Part shown: positions 26,694-34,927 of the stretch, in pieces
How the letters are laid out: the number at the start of each line of letters is the position of its first letter
Position numbering within the stretch: position 1 is the first letter of the stretch
NCBI GenBank assembly: GCA_964480695.1
Contig: CAYZPO010000001.1
Coordinates: 2,160-64,368, forward strand
DNA from: an uncultured Gammaproteobacteria bacterium
GTDB taxonomy: Bacteria; Patescibacteriota; Patescibacteriia; UBA9934; CAZDDW01
Direction: 5' to 3'
DNA: 62,209 bases
The notes under the pieces: generated by a model
Databases searched by the model: none
Seen by the model: the letters and a program-made list of their open reading frames with translations, nothing else
What the model was told of the DNA's origin: nothing
Made by a program: the position numbers and the translations under genes

Positions 26694-27647
26694 TCATCGC
26701 GCATCTCCTCGCGCTAAGGACCGGGGATTGTGTTTTACAAAAAACCTTGGGTTCTGCGGGGTTGCGCGACTTTCCCTGGTACAACTGTTGTAGCAGTTCG
26801 TTGTACCAGGCAGGAGCGGGCTCTCCTCGGCGAGAACGGCCCGTTGCCCACCGTCCACAAGACGCGGTGTTCGCCACAGCTGGCCGAGGATGTTGCGGCT
26901 GGTGAGTTCCTGGGCCAGAGCGAAGTACCACAGCCCCTCGGGCGCGTCCGCATCCCACAGTGCGGTGACCAGGCGGTTTCTTCGCCGCACGGTCGGTACG
27001 GTGCAGCAAACCCGCCACTCGCTGCAGCCAAGAACGGTCTGCCCAGCTTCCTTCATCTGGGTGTAGGGCTCCACCTTGTGCGTGACCACGTAGCTGGGGG
27101 ACTCGTTGCCGCAGTCCACCTCGAAGGCGACTGCAACGCGTTCGGCGGCCTCCCGCGTGAGCACGGCGATGGCGTCGGGGACCTGCACCCCCTCGCCACG
27201 GCCTACCTGAGCGCGGATGTCCTTCTCCAGCAGAAACGTCTCGAGAGAAACGCGTTTGGACCGGGCAGTGGCCACCGTGAGCGCGGCGTACAGATCCACG
27301 GTGCGAGCATGGTGCTCGAGGTTCACCCGCCCGATGCCCCGCATGGAGCGATAGTCGGCAGGCGTGCGCCCGAACGCCCGGGCCAGAACCGGCTTGGCAG
27401 CGGGGGTCAAGGTGAACCAGGAGACCTCGTGTAGCGCTCGCACATGGACTTGGATGTAGCCGAGGTCTCGCAGCTTGCGCAGCGACCTTCGAGCGATGTG
27501 GGGGTTCACGTCCAGCAAAGCGGTGTAGTGCTGGGTCGAGATGGGCTGGGCGTGAGCGATGAAGGCCAGGGCCAGCTTCTCACGAAGCGTCAGCCGTGCG
27601 TTTCCCGGTGATCGGCGCTGGGTACGGCTGGGACTGTCCAGGGTCAT
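26694..27647 (-). CDS. Replication-relaxation family protein (paralogue 2)
   Basis: ORF 26694..27731; start ATG 27647 in an ATGA overlap with the upstream gene. LTLREKLALAFIAHAQPISTQHYTALL (wHTH), NLEHHARTVDLYAAL, VPDAIAVLTREAAERVAVAFEVDCGN. Confidence 0.65.
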   Translation of the reverse strand: MTLDSPSRTQRRSPGNARLTLREKLALAFIAHAQPISTQHYTALLDVNPHIARRSLRKLRDLGYIQVHVRALHEVSWFTLTPAAKPVLARAFGRTPADYRSMRGIGRVNLEHHARTVDLYAALTVATARSKRVSLETFLLEKDIRAQVGRGEGVQVPDAIAVLTREAAERVAVAFEVDCGNESPSYVVTHKVEPYTQMKEAGQTVLGCSEWRVCCTVPTVRRRNRLVTALWDADAPEGLWYFALAQELTSRNILGQLWRTPRLVDGGQRAVLAEESPLLPGTTNCYNSCTRESRATPQNPRFFVKHNPRSLARGDAR

Positions 27648-27991
27648 CGGTTCATCCCGCTCAAGGGGCTGGTGACCGCCAGTCCACAGGCGCAGTTGAC
27701 CGCGTGCGGCACCTCGCCGCAGTGCGGGCACTCCGCGAACCCGTGTCCCTCATGAACCAGGCGACAGACCGGGCAACGCCAGGCGCCGATCAGCTCGACG
27801 GCGTGACCTCGTGGGCAGTGTCCGACTCTTCGTCGAAACGCCCACTGGACGCTCAAGTAGGTCACGACCGCGCGGGAGGCGTCGAGGCCGAGCGTGAACG
27901 GCAGTACACCCAGGGCCAGCGTCGCGACGAACAACTGTAGCAGCAGCGATCCGCGCAGCGCACCTACGCCATCGAGTAGCCAGCGCGTCAT
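27644..27991 (-). CDS. Membrane-anchored zinc-ribbon protein (115 aa)
   Basis: TM segment LLLQLFVATLALGVLPFTLGL, then HCPRGH..CPVC..CPHC..CAC. ATGA overlaps at both ends. Confidence 0.55.
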   Translation of the reverse strand: MTRWLLDGVGALRGSLLLQLFVATLALGVLPFTLGLDASRAVVTYLSVQWAFRRRVGHCPRGHAVELIGAWRCPVCRLVHEGHGFAECPHCGEVPHAVNCACGLAVTSPLSGMNR

Positions 27992-29562
27992 TCGGGCAGC
28001 TCCAGACCGGGCCGAGCGGTCCTTCGGCGCCTCGAGCGCTTTGTCTTGCTCGCGCCAGGATTCGCGCTGCGAGTTTTTCGGGGTGTTCTTGGGCTCTGGC
28101 TGGCTCTCCTCTCCCGAGTTTGCGCTTGGGCGCCATCTTGACCTCCGCCCAGAACCTGGAACGTGGTGTTTGGCACTTCCGGGGCCTCGGGCGTGCCATC
28201 CGACACGGCCACTGGTGTGGCTGCCAGCTGGTCCACCGGCACTCCGAACCTGCCGCGTCGGAACTGTTCGATGGTGGCTGGATCGAGCTGTTCAGCCTCG
28301 CGACGGGCGCGCTCGAACGGCACGGACAGGGTTCTGATGACGCGAGCTTGGCCCGAGACCATGTCCCCGAGCAGGGCGTGCCGGGGAGGAAGTCGGGTCA
28401 GGGCGTCAAGCAGCATCGTCCGTTCCTGGTCCTTGGTCAGCAACTGGTCAGGAAGCTGCGGGTTCACGCGCCGACCCGTGATGGGCAGCAAGGGTAATAG
28501 GTGCTTGATGTCCCCCAGATCCGGCCGGAACGCCACATGCAGGGCGATGTTGGTGATGAGCGAGCGTGTCAAGGAGCTGGACACCGCGTCGATTTGGGCT
28601 GCAGCCTGGTTACACAACCACAAGCCCACCTTGCGGTAGCGCGCCTGGGACAACAAGCGCTCGAAGTCCTCAGCTGCTCCCGGAGAAGGCAGCAGCGTCT
28701 GCCACTCGTCCACCGCCAGGATCACGGGCCGGGTGTCTGGTTGCACCGGCCGGCTGAACACGGCGCCAGTGAGCAAGGAGAAGACGAACGAACCCACAAA
28801 CCGGCTCAGTGGTGCCATGCCCTGCGGAGCTCCGCCCAGATCCACGACGGTGATGCCGGACTCCAGCAGGTCCGAGCCACGCAGACACGTGGGTGCGCAC
28901 AGCATCCCGCGCATGGCCGGCAACAGCAGCAGCCACTCCAGCCGAGCGCGCAGGGAGTCGCGAGAGGCCTTGGGCTCGGTGGCGAACGTGCTGAGCAGGT
29001 AGTCGCGGACTTCCGGATCTCGCACACGGCGAGCGATGGCCTCGCGGTAGTCGTCGTCGTTGAGGATGTGGATCAGGTCGTGAAGACCTCCTCCCACCTC
29101 GATCACGGCCCGGGCGAGCCAGGCCAAGATGCCGCGCATCCGCGGTCCGAGCCCGCCATCCACCAGGCCGTCCACTTGCGAGCACAGCAGGTTGGCCTGG
29201 ACCTCGATAGGCAGACCGGGGATACGACACAGTGGATTGAGGCCACTGCCGAAGCGGCCGAACAGCTGCAGCGAAGATACGCGGGACGCTGCCAAGTGAG
29301 GATGACGCTGGGCCAGCAGAGGCAGGAACCTGTCGCGCAGCAGCTCTGCAGTCTCGCCTTTCGCATCCACCAGGACTACGCCGATCCCAGGATGTGCTGT
29401 GAGCAGCTTGAGCAGGATGCTGAGCAGGAATCCACTCTTTCCCCAACCCGTGGAGCCGGTCACCAAGGCGTGGCGGCAGAGGGTTGAAAGTGGCAGCTGC
29501 AGGGATTCCTCTCCCGCCGCCCCGCGAGTCATGCCCACCGCGATCTGTTCATGGCGCGCCAT
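27988..29562 (-). CDS. TraD/VirD4/FtsK-HerA-like P-loop ATPase (coupling-protein-type DNA translocase)
   Basis: ORF to 29727; start ATG 29562 with AGGAGGTG SD. Walker A LVTGSTGWGKS, Walker B VILAVDEWQTLL, RKVGLWLCNQAAAQI. Arg/Ser-rich C-terminal tail. Confidence 0.65.
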   Translation of the reverse strand: MARHEQIAVGMTRGAAGEESLQLPLSTLCRHALVTGSTGWGKSGFLLSILLKLLTAHPGIGVVLVDAKGETAELLRDRFLPLLAQRHPHLAASRVSSLQLFGRFGSGLNPLCRIPGLPIEVQANLLCSQVDGLVDGGLGPRMRGILAWLARAVIEVGGGLHDLIHILNDDDYREAIARRVRDPEVRDYLLSTFATEPKASRDSLRARLEWLLLLPAMRGMLCAPTCLRGSDLLESGITVVDLGGAPQGMAPLSRFVGSFVFSLLTGAVFSRPVQPDTRPVILAVDEWQTLLPSPGAAEDFERLLSQARYRKVGLWLCNQAAAQIDAVSSSLTRSLITNIALHVAFRPDLGDIKHLLPLLPITGRRVNPQLPDQLLTKDQERTMLLDALTRLPPRHALLGDMVSGQARVIRTLSVPFERARREAEQLDPATIEQFRRGRFGVPVDQLAATPVAVSDGTPEAPEVPNTTFQVLGGGQDGAQAQTRERRASQSPRTPRKTRSANPGASKTKRSRRRRTARPGLELPE

Positions 29563-30181
29563 GCCCACCTCCTGGGAACATCCCGATCTCATCCTCAGCT
29601 GGGGTGCCAGCGAGAAGTGGCTCAGGTGCCTGTGGCACTCCAGCTGGAACAGCCCCGTGCTCGAGTTGCGGTGTAGGTTGCATGGGCTCGGTGATTGGTG
29701 CGCGCACGCGGAAGGTCGGTCGGACACGCACCGCGGGAACCGGAAGCGCGGCTCGGACCTTAACCAACAACAGGAACACGCCGACCACGCATACGAGGAC
29801 GAGGACGACCATGGCGCAGGCGAGCAGCACGCCCAGAGGCACCATGACCCACGTCGGATCTACCTGCTGCAGCTCGCCTGGCACCTCGACTCCAGCCAGG
29901 TAGGCGCGTGCCAGCTGGATGGTCGCCTGGGTTGCCATGGCGGTGCCCATCCAGATCACGAACAACGCGGCCAGCCCGGCGCACACCTTCCACAGCGTGC
30001 TCGTGACCTTCTTGATCCCGAACAGGCTCAAGCCCACAGCGGCGAACGCACAGGCCGTGGCCAGCGGGATGAAGATCGGTCCGGCCGGAAACCCGACGAT
30101 CCCGGCGAGCGCGGTGAACGCAGCCAGCACACCCCAGACATGAATCGACTTCACCACAGCCTCCAGGACGCGTTGAGCCAA
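29549..30181 (-). CDS. Polytopic membrane protein with a Pro-rich C-terminal tail
   Basis: Five hydrophobic segments by eye. Start is either ATG 30181 or GTG 30154/30157 (GTGA overlap with the JAB stop). Confidence 0.55.
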   Translation of the reverse strand: MAQRVLEAVVKSIHVWGVLAAFTALAGIVGFPAGPIFIPLATACAFAAVGLSLFGIKKVTSTLWKVCAGLAALFVIWMGTAMATQATIQLARAYLAGVEVPGELQQVDPTWVMVPLGVLLACAMVVLVLVCVVGVFLLLVKVRAALPVPAVRVRPTFRVRAPITEPMQPTPQLEHGAVPAGVPQAPEPLLAGTPAEDEIGMFPGGGHGAP

Positions 30182-30840
30182 TCTTGCTTTTCAAGCTCGG
30201 AAAGCAGATCGAGGTGTTGGCTCACGTCCGGAATCTCGTCGTCGCCGGCTGCAACATCGAACTCGCAGCTCGCAACCTCTACCTCCCCGGAATGTCGGTC
30301 CACGAGTGCGAGCCGCTGGGCATCCGGTCCCAGGTACACGCCCAAGCCCTCGGTGTCATTTCGGGTCGGGTCCACTACGATCCCCACTGCGTTCGGCGAG
30401 GTAAAAGTGGCTTGCGTATCGCAGTCCGTGGCACTGTAGTGCGTCCCGTAGCCTGGGTGGCTGTGCCACCACCCAACGACCTCGGCAATGGGATGGGTTT
30501 GTCGAACCTCCTTTCGCAATGCGGCCATGACCGACAGATCCGCCCAAACGAACGCGCGCTGGGCATCTGCTCCCTGGGCCTCGATGGCAGCGACGACCAA
30601 GACGAACGGTCCTTGGCCGTCCTGGCAGGGCCGGCCGACCAGCAACCCGATCGTCTCGCGTAGGGCGCTAGCTCTGGCCCATCGCCACATGACCTCGACG
30701 ACCTTCGCAAGCACATAGATCTCGGCGCAAGAGCGATCATGGTCAAACGCCAGCCACTGCTCCTCCTCGGGCAGTGGACGGGGCCTTGCCAGCGGAGACG
30801 CTCGATGGATACCCATGGATTCGAACATGGCCATCATCAC
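30151..30840 (-). CDS. JAB/MPN (JAMM) metallopeptidase, deubiquitinase-like
   Basis: Complete JAMM motif: upstream Glu (ALRETIGLLVG) and WWHSHPGYGTHYSATD (H-x-H-x7-S-x2-D). The start overlaps the E2 stop (GGGAGGTGATG). Confidence 0.8.
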   Translation of the reverse strand: MMMAMFESMGIHRASPLARPRPLPEEEQWLAFDHDRSCAEIYVLAKVVEVMWRWARASALRETIGLLVGRPCQDGQGPFVLVVAAIEAQGADAQRAFVWADLSVMAALRKEVRQTHPIAEVVGWWHSHPGYGTHYSATDCDTQATFTSPNAVGIVVDPTRNDTEGLGVYLGPDAQRLALVDRHSGEVEVASCEFDVAAGDDEIPDVSQHLDLLSELEKQDWLNASWRLW

Positions 30841-31496
30841 CTCCCTTGGATTTGGAATCTGGCACTAGGTTGACTGGGCGCACACGCATGGGTGCGGACC
30901 TTGAACGCCGGGCGAACTTGTGCAGGTGTTGCTCCGTGAGTGATGTGCTGTGGAAGCTGGGGGTAGAGCAAATTGGGGGTAATTGGGCGGCAGTTCATGA
31001 CTTGTTCCCAGTACCGAGCCGCCGCACCGCACCAGCCTGCGTAGTTGGGCCGATGTGGCTCGTCCCAGTTGAGAAGCCGAGCCACATGCACGGCCAGCTG
31101 AGCGAACAGCATCCCGCGCTTTGCCCGGCTCCAGCCATCTCCCAGGCAGACCGCGCCACTTCTTTGGTGGAAGTGCGGCGACCAAGGAATCGGGCGGGAG
31201 ACGACGCCGGCTACGGGCTCACTGTACGGATAGTTGCCTTTGGCCAGCAGGTCGAAGACCACAGTTGTACCCACGTGCGTCTGCCCCGGACCGATCATCG
31301 TGGGGATCTGGTAGGTCACCGCGTACACGCGAGCCTGGTGGCCGCGGCGGAGTGATTGGATTGGGGAGCGCCCACAGGAGGCATCATCCATTGAGCGGTA
31401 GGCGCTGACGTTCATCAGCGCGCTGCACATGGGCATGACGACCTCGTAGTCGAATTGCAGGCGCTCCCGACGTTGGGATGGGTTCAGACGGGGCAT
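30837..31496 (-). CDS. E2 (UBC)-like ubiquitin-conjugating-type protein
   Basis: SPHFHQRSGAVCLGD resembles the E2 HPN...G.IC(L/I) active-site loop. Positioned between the Ubl and JAB genes. Confidence 0.55.
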   Translation of the reverse strand: MPRLNPSQRRERLQFDYEVVMPMCSALMNVSAYRSMDDASCGRSPIQSLRRGHQARVYAVTYQIPTMIGPGQTHVGTTVVFDLLAKGNYPYSEPVAGVVSRPIPWSPHFHQRSGAVCLGDGWSRAKRGMLFAQLAVHVARLLNWDEPHRPNYAGWCGAAARYWEQVMNCRPITPNLLYPQLPQHITHGATPAQVRPAFKVRTHACAPSQPSARFQIQGR

Positions 31497-31765
31497 GGCA
31501 CCTCCCCTCGGGCACCCCCGGTGACCTGGACCACTTCGAGGGTGTCCCCATCACGCACACCGGCATGGCCGAGCGTCTGCTGGGGCAGCAGCTGCTGGCC
31601 CGTGCGTGAAAGCACCAGCGTGTAGGGTCTTTGCGCGTCGGTGGGTTCCAAGAACTGGTAGTTGACCATCTCCTGGATGGCCTGCTGGGCGGTCACCTGT
31701 TGTTCCAGGGTGACGGGGAGCGAGTCACTGGTGTTCGGACTCGTGAAAAGGACGTTGCATCCCAT
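31484..31765 (-). CDS. Ubiquitin-like (beta-grasp) protein with an internal C-terminal Gly-Gly followed by a 9-aa tail
   Basis: 93 aa: ...GVRDGDTLEVVQVTGG-ARGEVPCPV. GAAGGAGG SD. Its last 13 nt overlap the E2 start. Confidence 0.6.
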   Translation of the reverse strand: MGCNVLFTSPNTSDSLPVTLEQQVTAQQAIQEMVNYQFLEPTDAQRPYTLVLSRTGQQLLPQQTLGHAGVRDGDTLEVVQVTGGARGEVPCPV

Positions 31766-31778
31766 GAAGTAGCCTCCT

Positions 31779-33002
31779 TCAGGCTGGAGAATCGGCCGGG
31801 AAGAGGCTCATGCCCCTCTCGACCGGGTTGAACACGTCTTCGAGGTTGCCGGCGAGGCGAATCCAGCGATCGTCGTTGTCCCAGCTCGCCTGGATGATGG
31901 CCCCTGGGCCAAGGCCCAGCTCGGCTAGTGAACGGACTCTGAGGTTCTCGGCACGCTCTACGGTCAGGTCCGGCAGAATCCCAGCCGCTACGCTTTCGAC
32001 GTTCTCGTCCTTGTGGCAGGGCGCAGAACAGCGTGGGGCTTCGTGAACGGCCCACAGTGGTCGGCCCACGCTCACGGACCTACCGCAACGCGCACACGGG
32101 AGAGACTCGACAAATGGCGCTGGCAGATGGAGTTCCACTGGATCGTCATGGAGCGCTGCGAGCTCGGCGAAGATGTCTGCAGCGGCACCTTCGCCACCAG
32201 TGCGAATCTCGTGAGGCTCTGTTTCGAGTGGGTGATGAATCCCGGCACAGTCCGGATTGCTCGTCAGCTTGGCCAGAACCGATCGGCCCGTGCGCAGGTT
32301 GAGCGTCCATCGCTTTCCGGCAAGAGGAAACTCGTCGTGTAGGGCTGCGATTGCGGCGTCGGCAACCATGGCGCCAGACACCTGGGCTACGGCCTGCACT
32401 GCGGGTACGACCCCGGCAGCTTCGGCTTTTTTCGCGTACAGGGTGCATAGTCCCCGCTCGGTGCCATCTACCAAAGTGCCCATCGGACAGCGCCAACAGG
32501 GTTCGTTTTCGTCGTGATTGCGGAAGACCGAAATGGATAGGTTGAGTCCGTCGAAGCCAGCTTCCACGAATGGTGTGTGCAGCAAGCGGCAGCGCTCGGC
32601 CAGATACCCCCGGCCAACCTGGCTGTCCACAGCCGATACCACCACGTCAGCCCAGGTGATCAGGAGGTCGCCAACTTCCTGGACCTTCCCTTGATAGAAG
32701 TACGCGCGTGAGCGCGGAGCAGTCGCCAAGGCCAGGAAGCCCCGAGCCACCGCGTCTGCCTTGGGCGCATCCGCAACAAAAAACGGACTTCGCGTCCGGT
32801 TGGACGGTTCGAAGTCGTCGTAGTCCACGATGGCCAGCGTGCCGACGCCAGACAGAGCCATGGCCAGCGCGGCGTTCTGTCCCAGAGCTCCGGCGCCGAT
32901 GAGGGCGACGCGGGAGCCGAACAGGATCTCAGGCTCGTAGCCAGCCAAGCGCTCGCGAGAGAAGTGGTCAGTCGTGGGTATGACCATCGTTGGGTCCTCC
33001 AC
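31779..33002 (-). CDS. E1-like adenylating enzyme (ThiF/MoeB/UBA family)
   Basis: RVALIGAGALGQNAALAMALSGVGTLAIVDYDDFEPSNRTR (nucleotide-binding and Arg-finger pattern). CxxC pairs CWRC and CARC..CSAPC. Confidence 0.8.
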   Translation of the reverse strand: MEDPTMVIPTTDHFSRERLAGYEPEILFGSRVALIGAGALGQNAALAMALSGVGTLAIVDYDDFEPSNRTRSPFFVADAPKADAVARGFLALATAPRSRAYFYQGKVQEVGDLLITWADVVVSAVDSQVGRGYLAERCRLLHTPFVEAGFDGLNLSISVFRNHDENEPCWRCPMGTLVDGTERGLCTLYAKKAEAAGVVPAVQAVAQVSGAMVADAAIAALHDEFPLAGKRWTLNLRTGRSVLAKLTSNPDCAGIHHPLETEPHEIRTGGEGAAADIFAELAALHDDPVELHLPAPFVESLPCARCGRSVSVGRPLWAVHEAPRCSAPCHKDENVESVAAGILPDLTVERAENLRVRSLAELGLGPGAIIQASWDNDDRWIRLAGNLEDVFNPVERGMSLFPADSPA

Positions 33003-33312
33003 AGATCCAGCAGCGCGTTCCCTTCTGAACCGTTCCAGTCAGAAGGCGCGGTGCGGTTTGAGGTTGGGGGTGATTCCGGATTTCGCGTCGGTTCGCGCTG
33101 ACCGGGCGGAAGTGAGGCTTGATCGCGGCGACATTCATGGTCGTATTCTCACCCAGGACAGAAACTAGACTGCATAGGATCCAAACGACATAGACGATCA
33201 GCCCGAGGGGCGGGTACACACAAATCATGGGCAAGAAGAGAATTGCCAAGCAGCCGATGCAGCTGACCTGGCAACCCGTCTTGATTTCCTCGATGGTGTT
33301 GTTTTGGTTCAT
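32968..33312 (-). CDS. Small membrane protein (114 aa), first gene of the Ubl chain
   Basis: TM segments CIGCLAILFLPMICVYPPLGLIVYVVWILCSLVSVL. C-terminal CWICGG. Overlaps the E1 start by 20-35 nt. Confidence 0.4.
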   Translation of the reverse strand: MNQNNTIEEIKTGCQVSCIGCLAILFLPMICVYPPLGLIVYVVWILCSLVSVLGENTTMNVAAIKPHFRPVSANRREIRNHPQPQTAPRLLTGTVQKGTRCWICGGPNDGHTHD

Positions 33313-33442
33313 TTTCCGCTCTTCATCCTATTCTGACCGTAGCCTCCGAGCCGCTACCCATCAAGTACAATTCGCATCTTCATGCGGATTTGACGTTTTT
33401 CTTGCGGTGTGAGACAGTACCTGCAGCAGGCAGGAGCATGAG

Positions 33443-34522
33443 ATGGCAGGCAAGAAGCCCGGCGCAGGACCCTCTGCACGTGTGAGTCGAAGCGAGATCC
33501 TCAAGGCCGCTCGTAGGTTCTATCTAGGGGGAGAGACTCAGACGCAGATAGCCAAAGACATGGGTATTAGCCCAAGCTACCTTGCACGTCGTCTCAAGAA
33601 GGCCGTGGAGGACGGTTGGGTTCGTATCTACGTGGACACCGACCGTCAGACCGAGCTGGCAGCTCAGATCATGGAGAAGTACCCGCATCTGGTGCATGTG
33701 GAGGTGGTTCCCAGTGGTCCGACCTATCAGCACACGGCCTGGGCTCTGGGAACGGCAATGGCTCGATGGTTGGACGATATACTCGACAAGGACGAATCCA
33801 CCGGTGATCCGTTGATTTCCAATGTGGCTATTGGTGGAGGGCTAGTGCACCAATCCATGGTGGAGCAGTTGGTTCGACGGAAGAACCGCCTCAGTGTGGG
33901 ACCTACTGCGCTCACACCCCAGATGGGGCGTGTCGAACGGTTCAATGCGATCTCGCTGGCCACAACCCTGGCTCTCAAGTGGGGAGCACTGCAGTCTGGC
34001 TCACGCGATCCAGAAGAACGCGCGGGATACCTGTACTCCGGTACAGTGGAGCCGCCAGGCGATAGTCTCGAAGAGCTACGAGCTTGGTATCAGCGGCTGC
34101 AGATGAGGCCGGGTTACCTGGACATCCTGCGGTTTTGGAACCAGTTGGACATCGTTTTTATTGGCGCCGTGGACCTGGACTGGCGCTACAAGGACGTGCA
34201 CGATCGCCTCAAGCGCCTTGGATTGTCCATGCAGGAAATGGAAGACCGAGGGGCGGTGGCTATGCTGGGGAATAGGTTTGTGGATGCAGAGGGAAACGAG
34301 GTGTCACTGGCCGAGGGATTGCCGAGCTATGAGCCGGTGATGCCTACTGAGGCGATTCAGTCAGCTGAGAAGCGGTACGAGGAGTCGAAGGGTAAGCGGG
34401 GATTTGTTGTGCTGGACTTGTGGGGCGAGCCGGGGGAGAAGGTTGTGCGGTTACTTCAACATATGGTTGTAAATGTCGTCTTTATAGATCTACTCACTGC
34501 GGAGAAGCTTGTCCATAAATAG
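33443..34522 (+). CDS. SorC/DeoR-type transcriptional regulator (HTH plus sugar-phosphate-binding-like domain)
   Basis: ILKAARRFYLGGETQTQIAKDMGISPSYLARRLKKAVEDGWVRIYV is the SorC N-terminal HTH pattern. Long C-terminal effector-like domain. Divergent from the Ubl operon. Confidence 0.6.
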   Translation: MAGKKPGAGPSARVSRSEILKAARRFYLGGETQTQIAKDMGISPSYLARRLKKAVEDGWVRIYVDTDRQTELAAQIMEKYPHLVHVEVVPSGPTYQHTAWALGTAMARWLDDILDKDESTGDPLISNVAIGGGLVHQSMVEQLVRRKNRLSVGPTALTPQMGRVERFNAISLATTLALKWGALQSGSRDPEERAGYLYSGTVEPPGDSLEELRAWYQRLQMRPGYLDILRFWNQLDIVFIGAVDLDWRYKDVHDRLKRLGLSMQEMEDRGAVAMLGNRFVDAEGNEVSLAEGLPSYEPVMPTEAIQSAEKRYEESKGKRGFVVLDLWGEPGEKVVRLLQHMVVNVVFIDLLTAEKLVHK

Positions 34523-34540
34523 CTGAATCGGATTTGTCTT

Positions 34541-34912
34541 GTGCTAGTAAAGCAACATGAGATTCCTGCCACTGTTAATACAACGCTAATACTACTAACT
34601 ATGAGGGATAATGAAGCATCAAACTGGACAAAAGGAGAGTTGCTTCCTTCCGAAATAAAAGACGCTAGGAGAGAGGAGAGCGAAGCAACGATAAAAGAAG
34701 TCTACGAACTGAGAGAAAAGAGTGCGACCATCATGAGGGAACTATCGGCCTTCACTTTGCATGACAATAATCTTGGGAAACTCGTTGAAGGAAAGCTCAG
34801 ACACCATCTGGATAGTTGGTTTACACTAGTTTCTGAAAGCGGCATAATTGAGGAGCAGGATTATCTTGGATATGCACTGCGCCAGGAGCCAATAGTAGAC
34901 ACCACCGAGTAG
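34541..34912 (+). CDS. Hypothetical protein (123 aa), low GC
   Basis: ORF 18 nt after the SorC stop. No motif recognised. Confidence 0.4.
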   Translation: MLVKQHEIPATVNTTLILLTMRDNEASNWTKGELLPSEIKDARREESEATIKEVYELREKSATIMRELSAFTLHDNNLGKLVEGKLRHHLDSWFTLVSESGIIEEQDYLGYALRQEPIVDTTE

Positions 34913-34927
34913 AACAAAGGAGCGGTA

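Noticed and set aside
25138-27018. 626-aa minus-strand ORF, the longest ORF in this part of the track
   Set aside because: Its composition is extremely Arg/Gly/Pro/Ser-rich, typical of an off-frame read-through in high-GC DNA. It overlaps four better candidates in other frames: the 85-aa gene, the 86-aa gene, a 36-aa peptide and the 3' end of the replication-relaxation gene. Only a middle portion might be genuine (see the finding at 25509-26141).
28501-30439. Plus-strand ORFs of 328 aa (28501-29487) and 346 aa (29399-30439)
   Set aside because: They are antisense to the ATPase, membrane and JAB genes, which carry clear motifs. Their products are Arg/Gln/His/Pro-rich and low-complexity.
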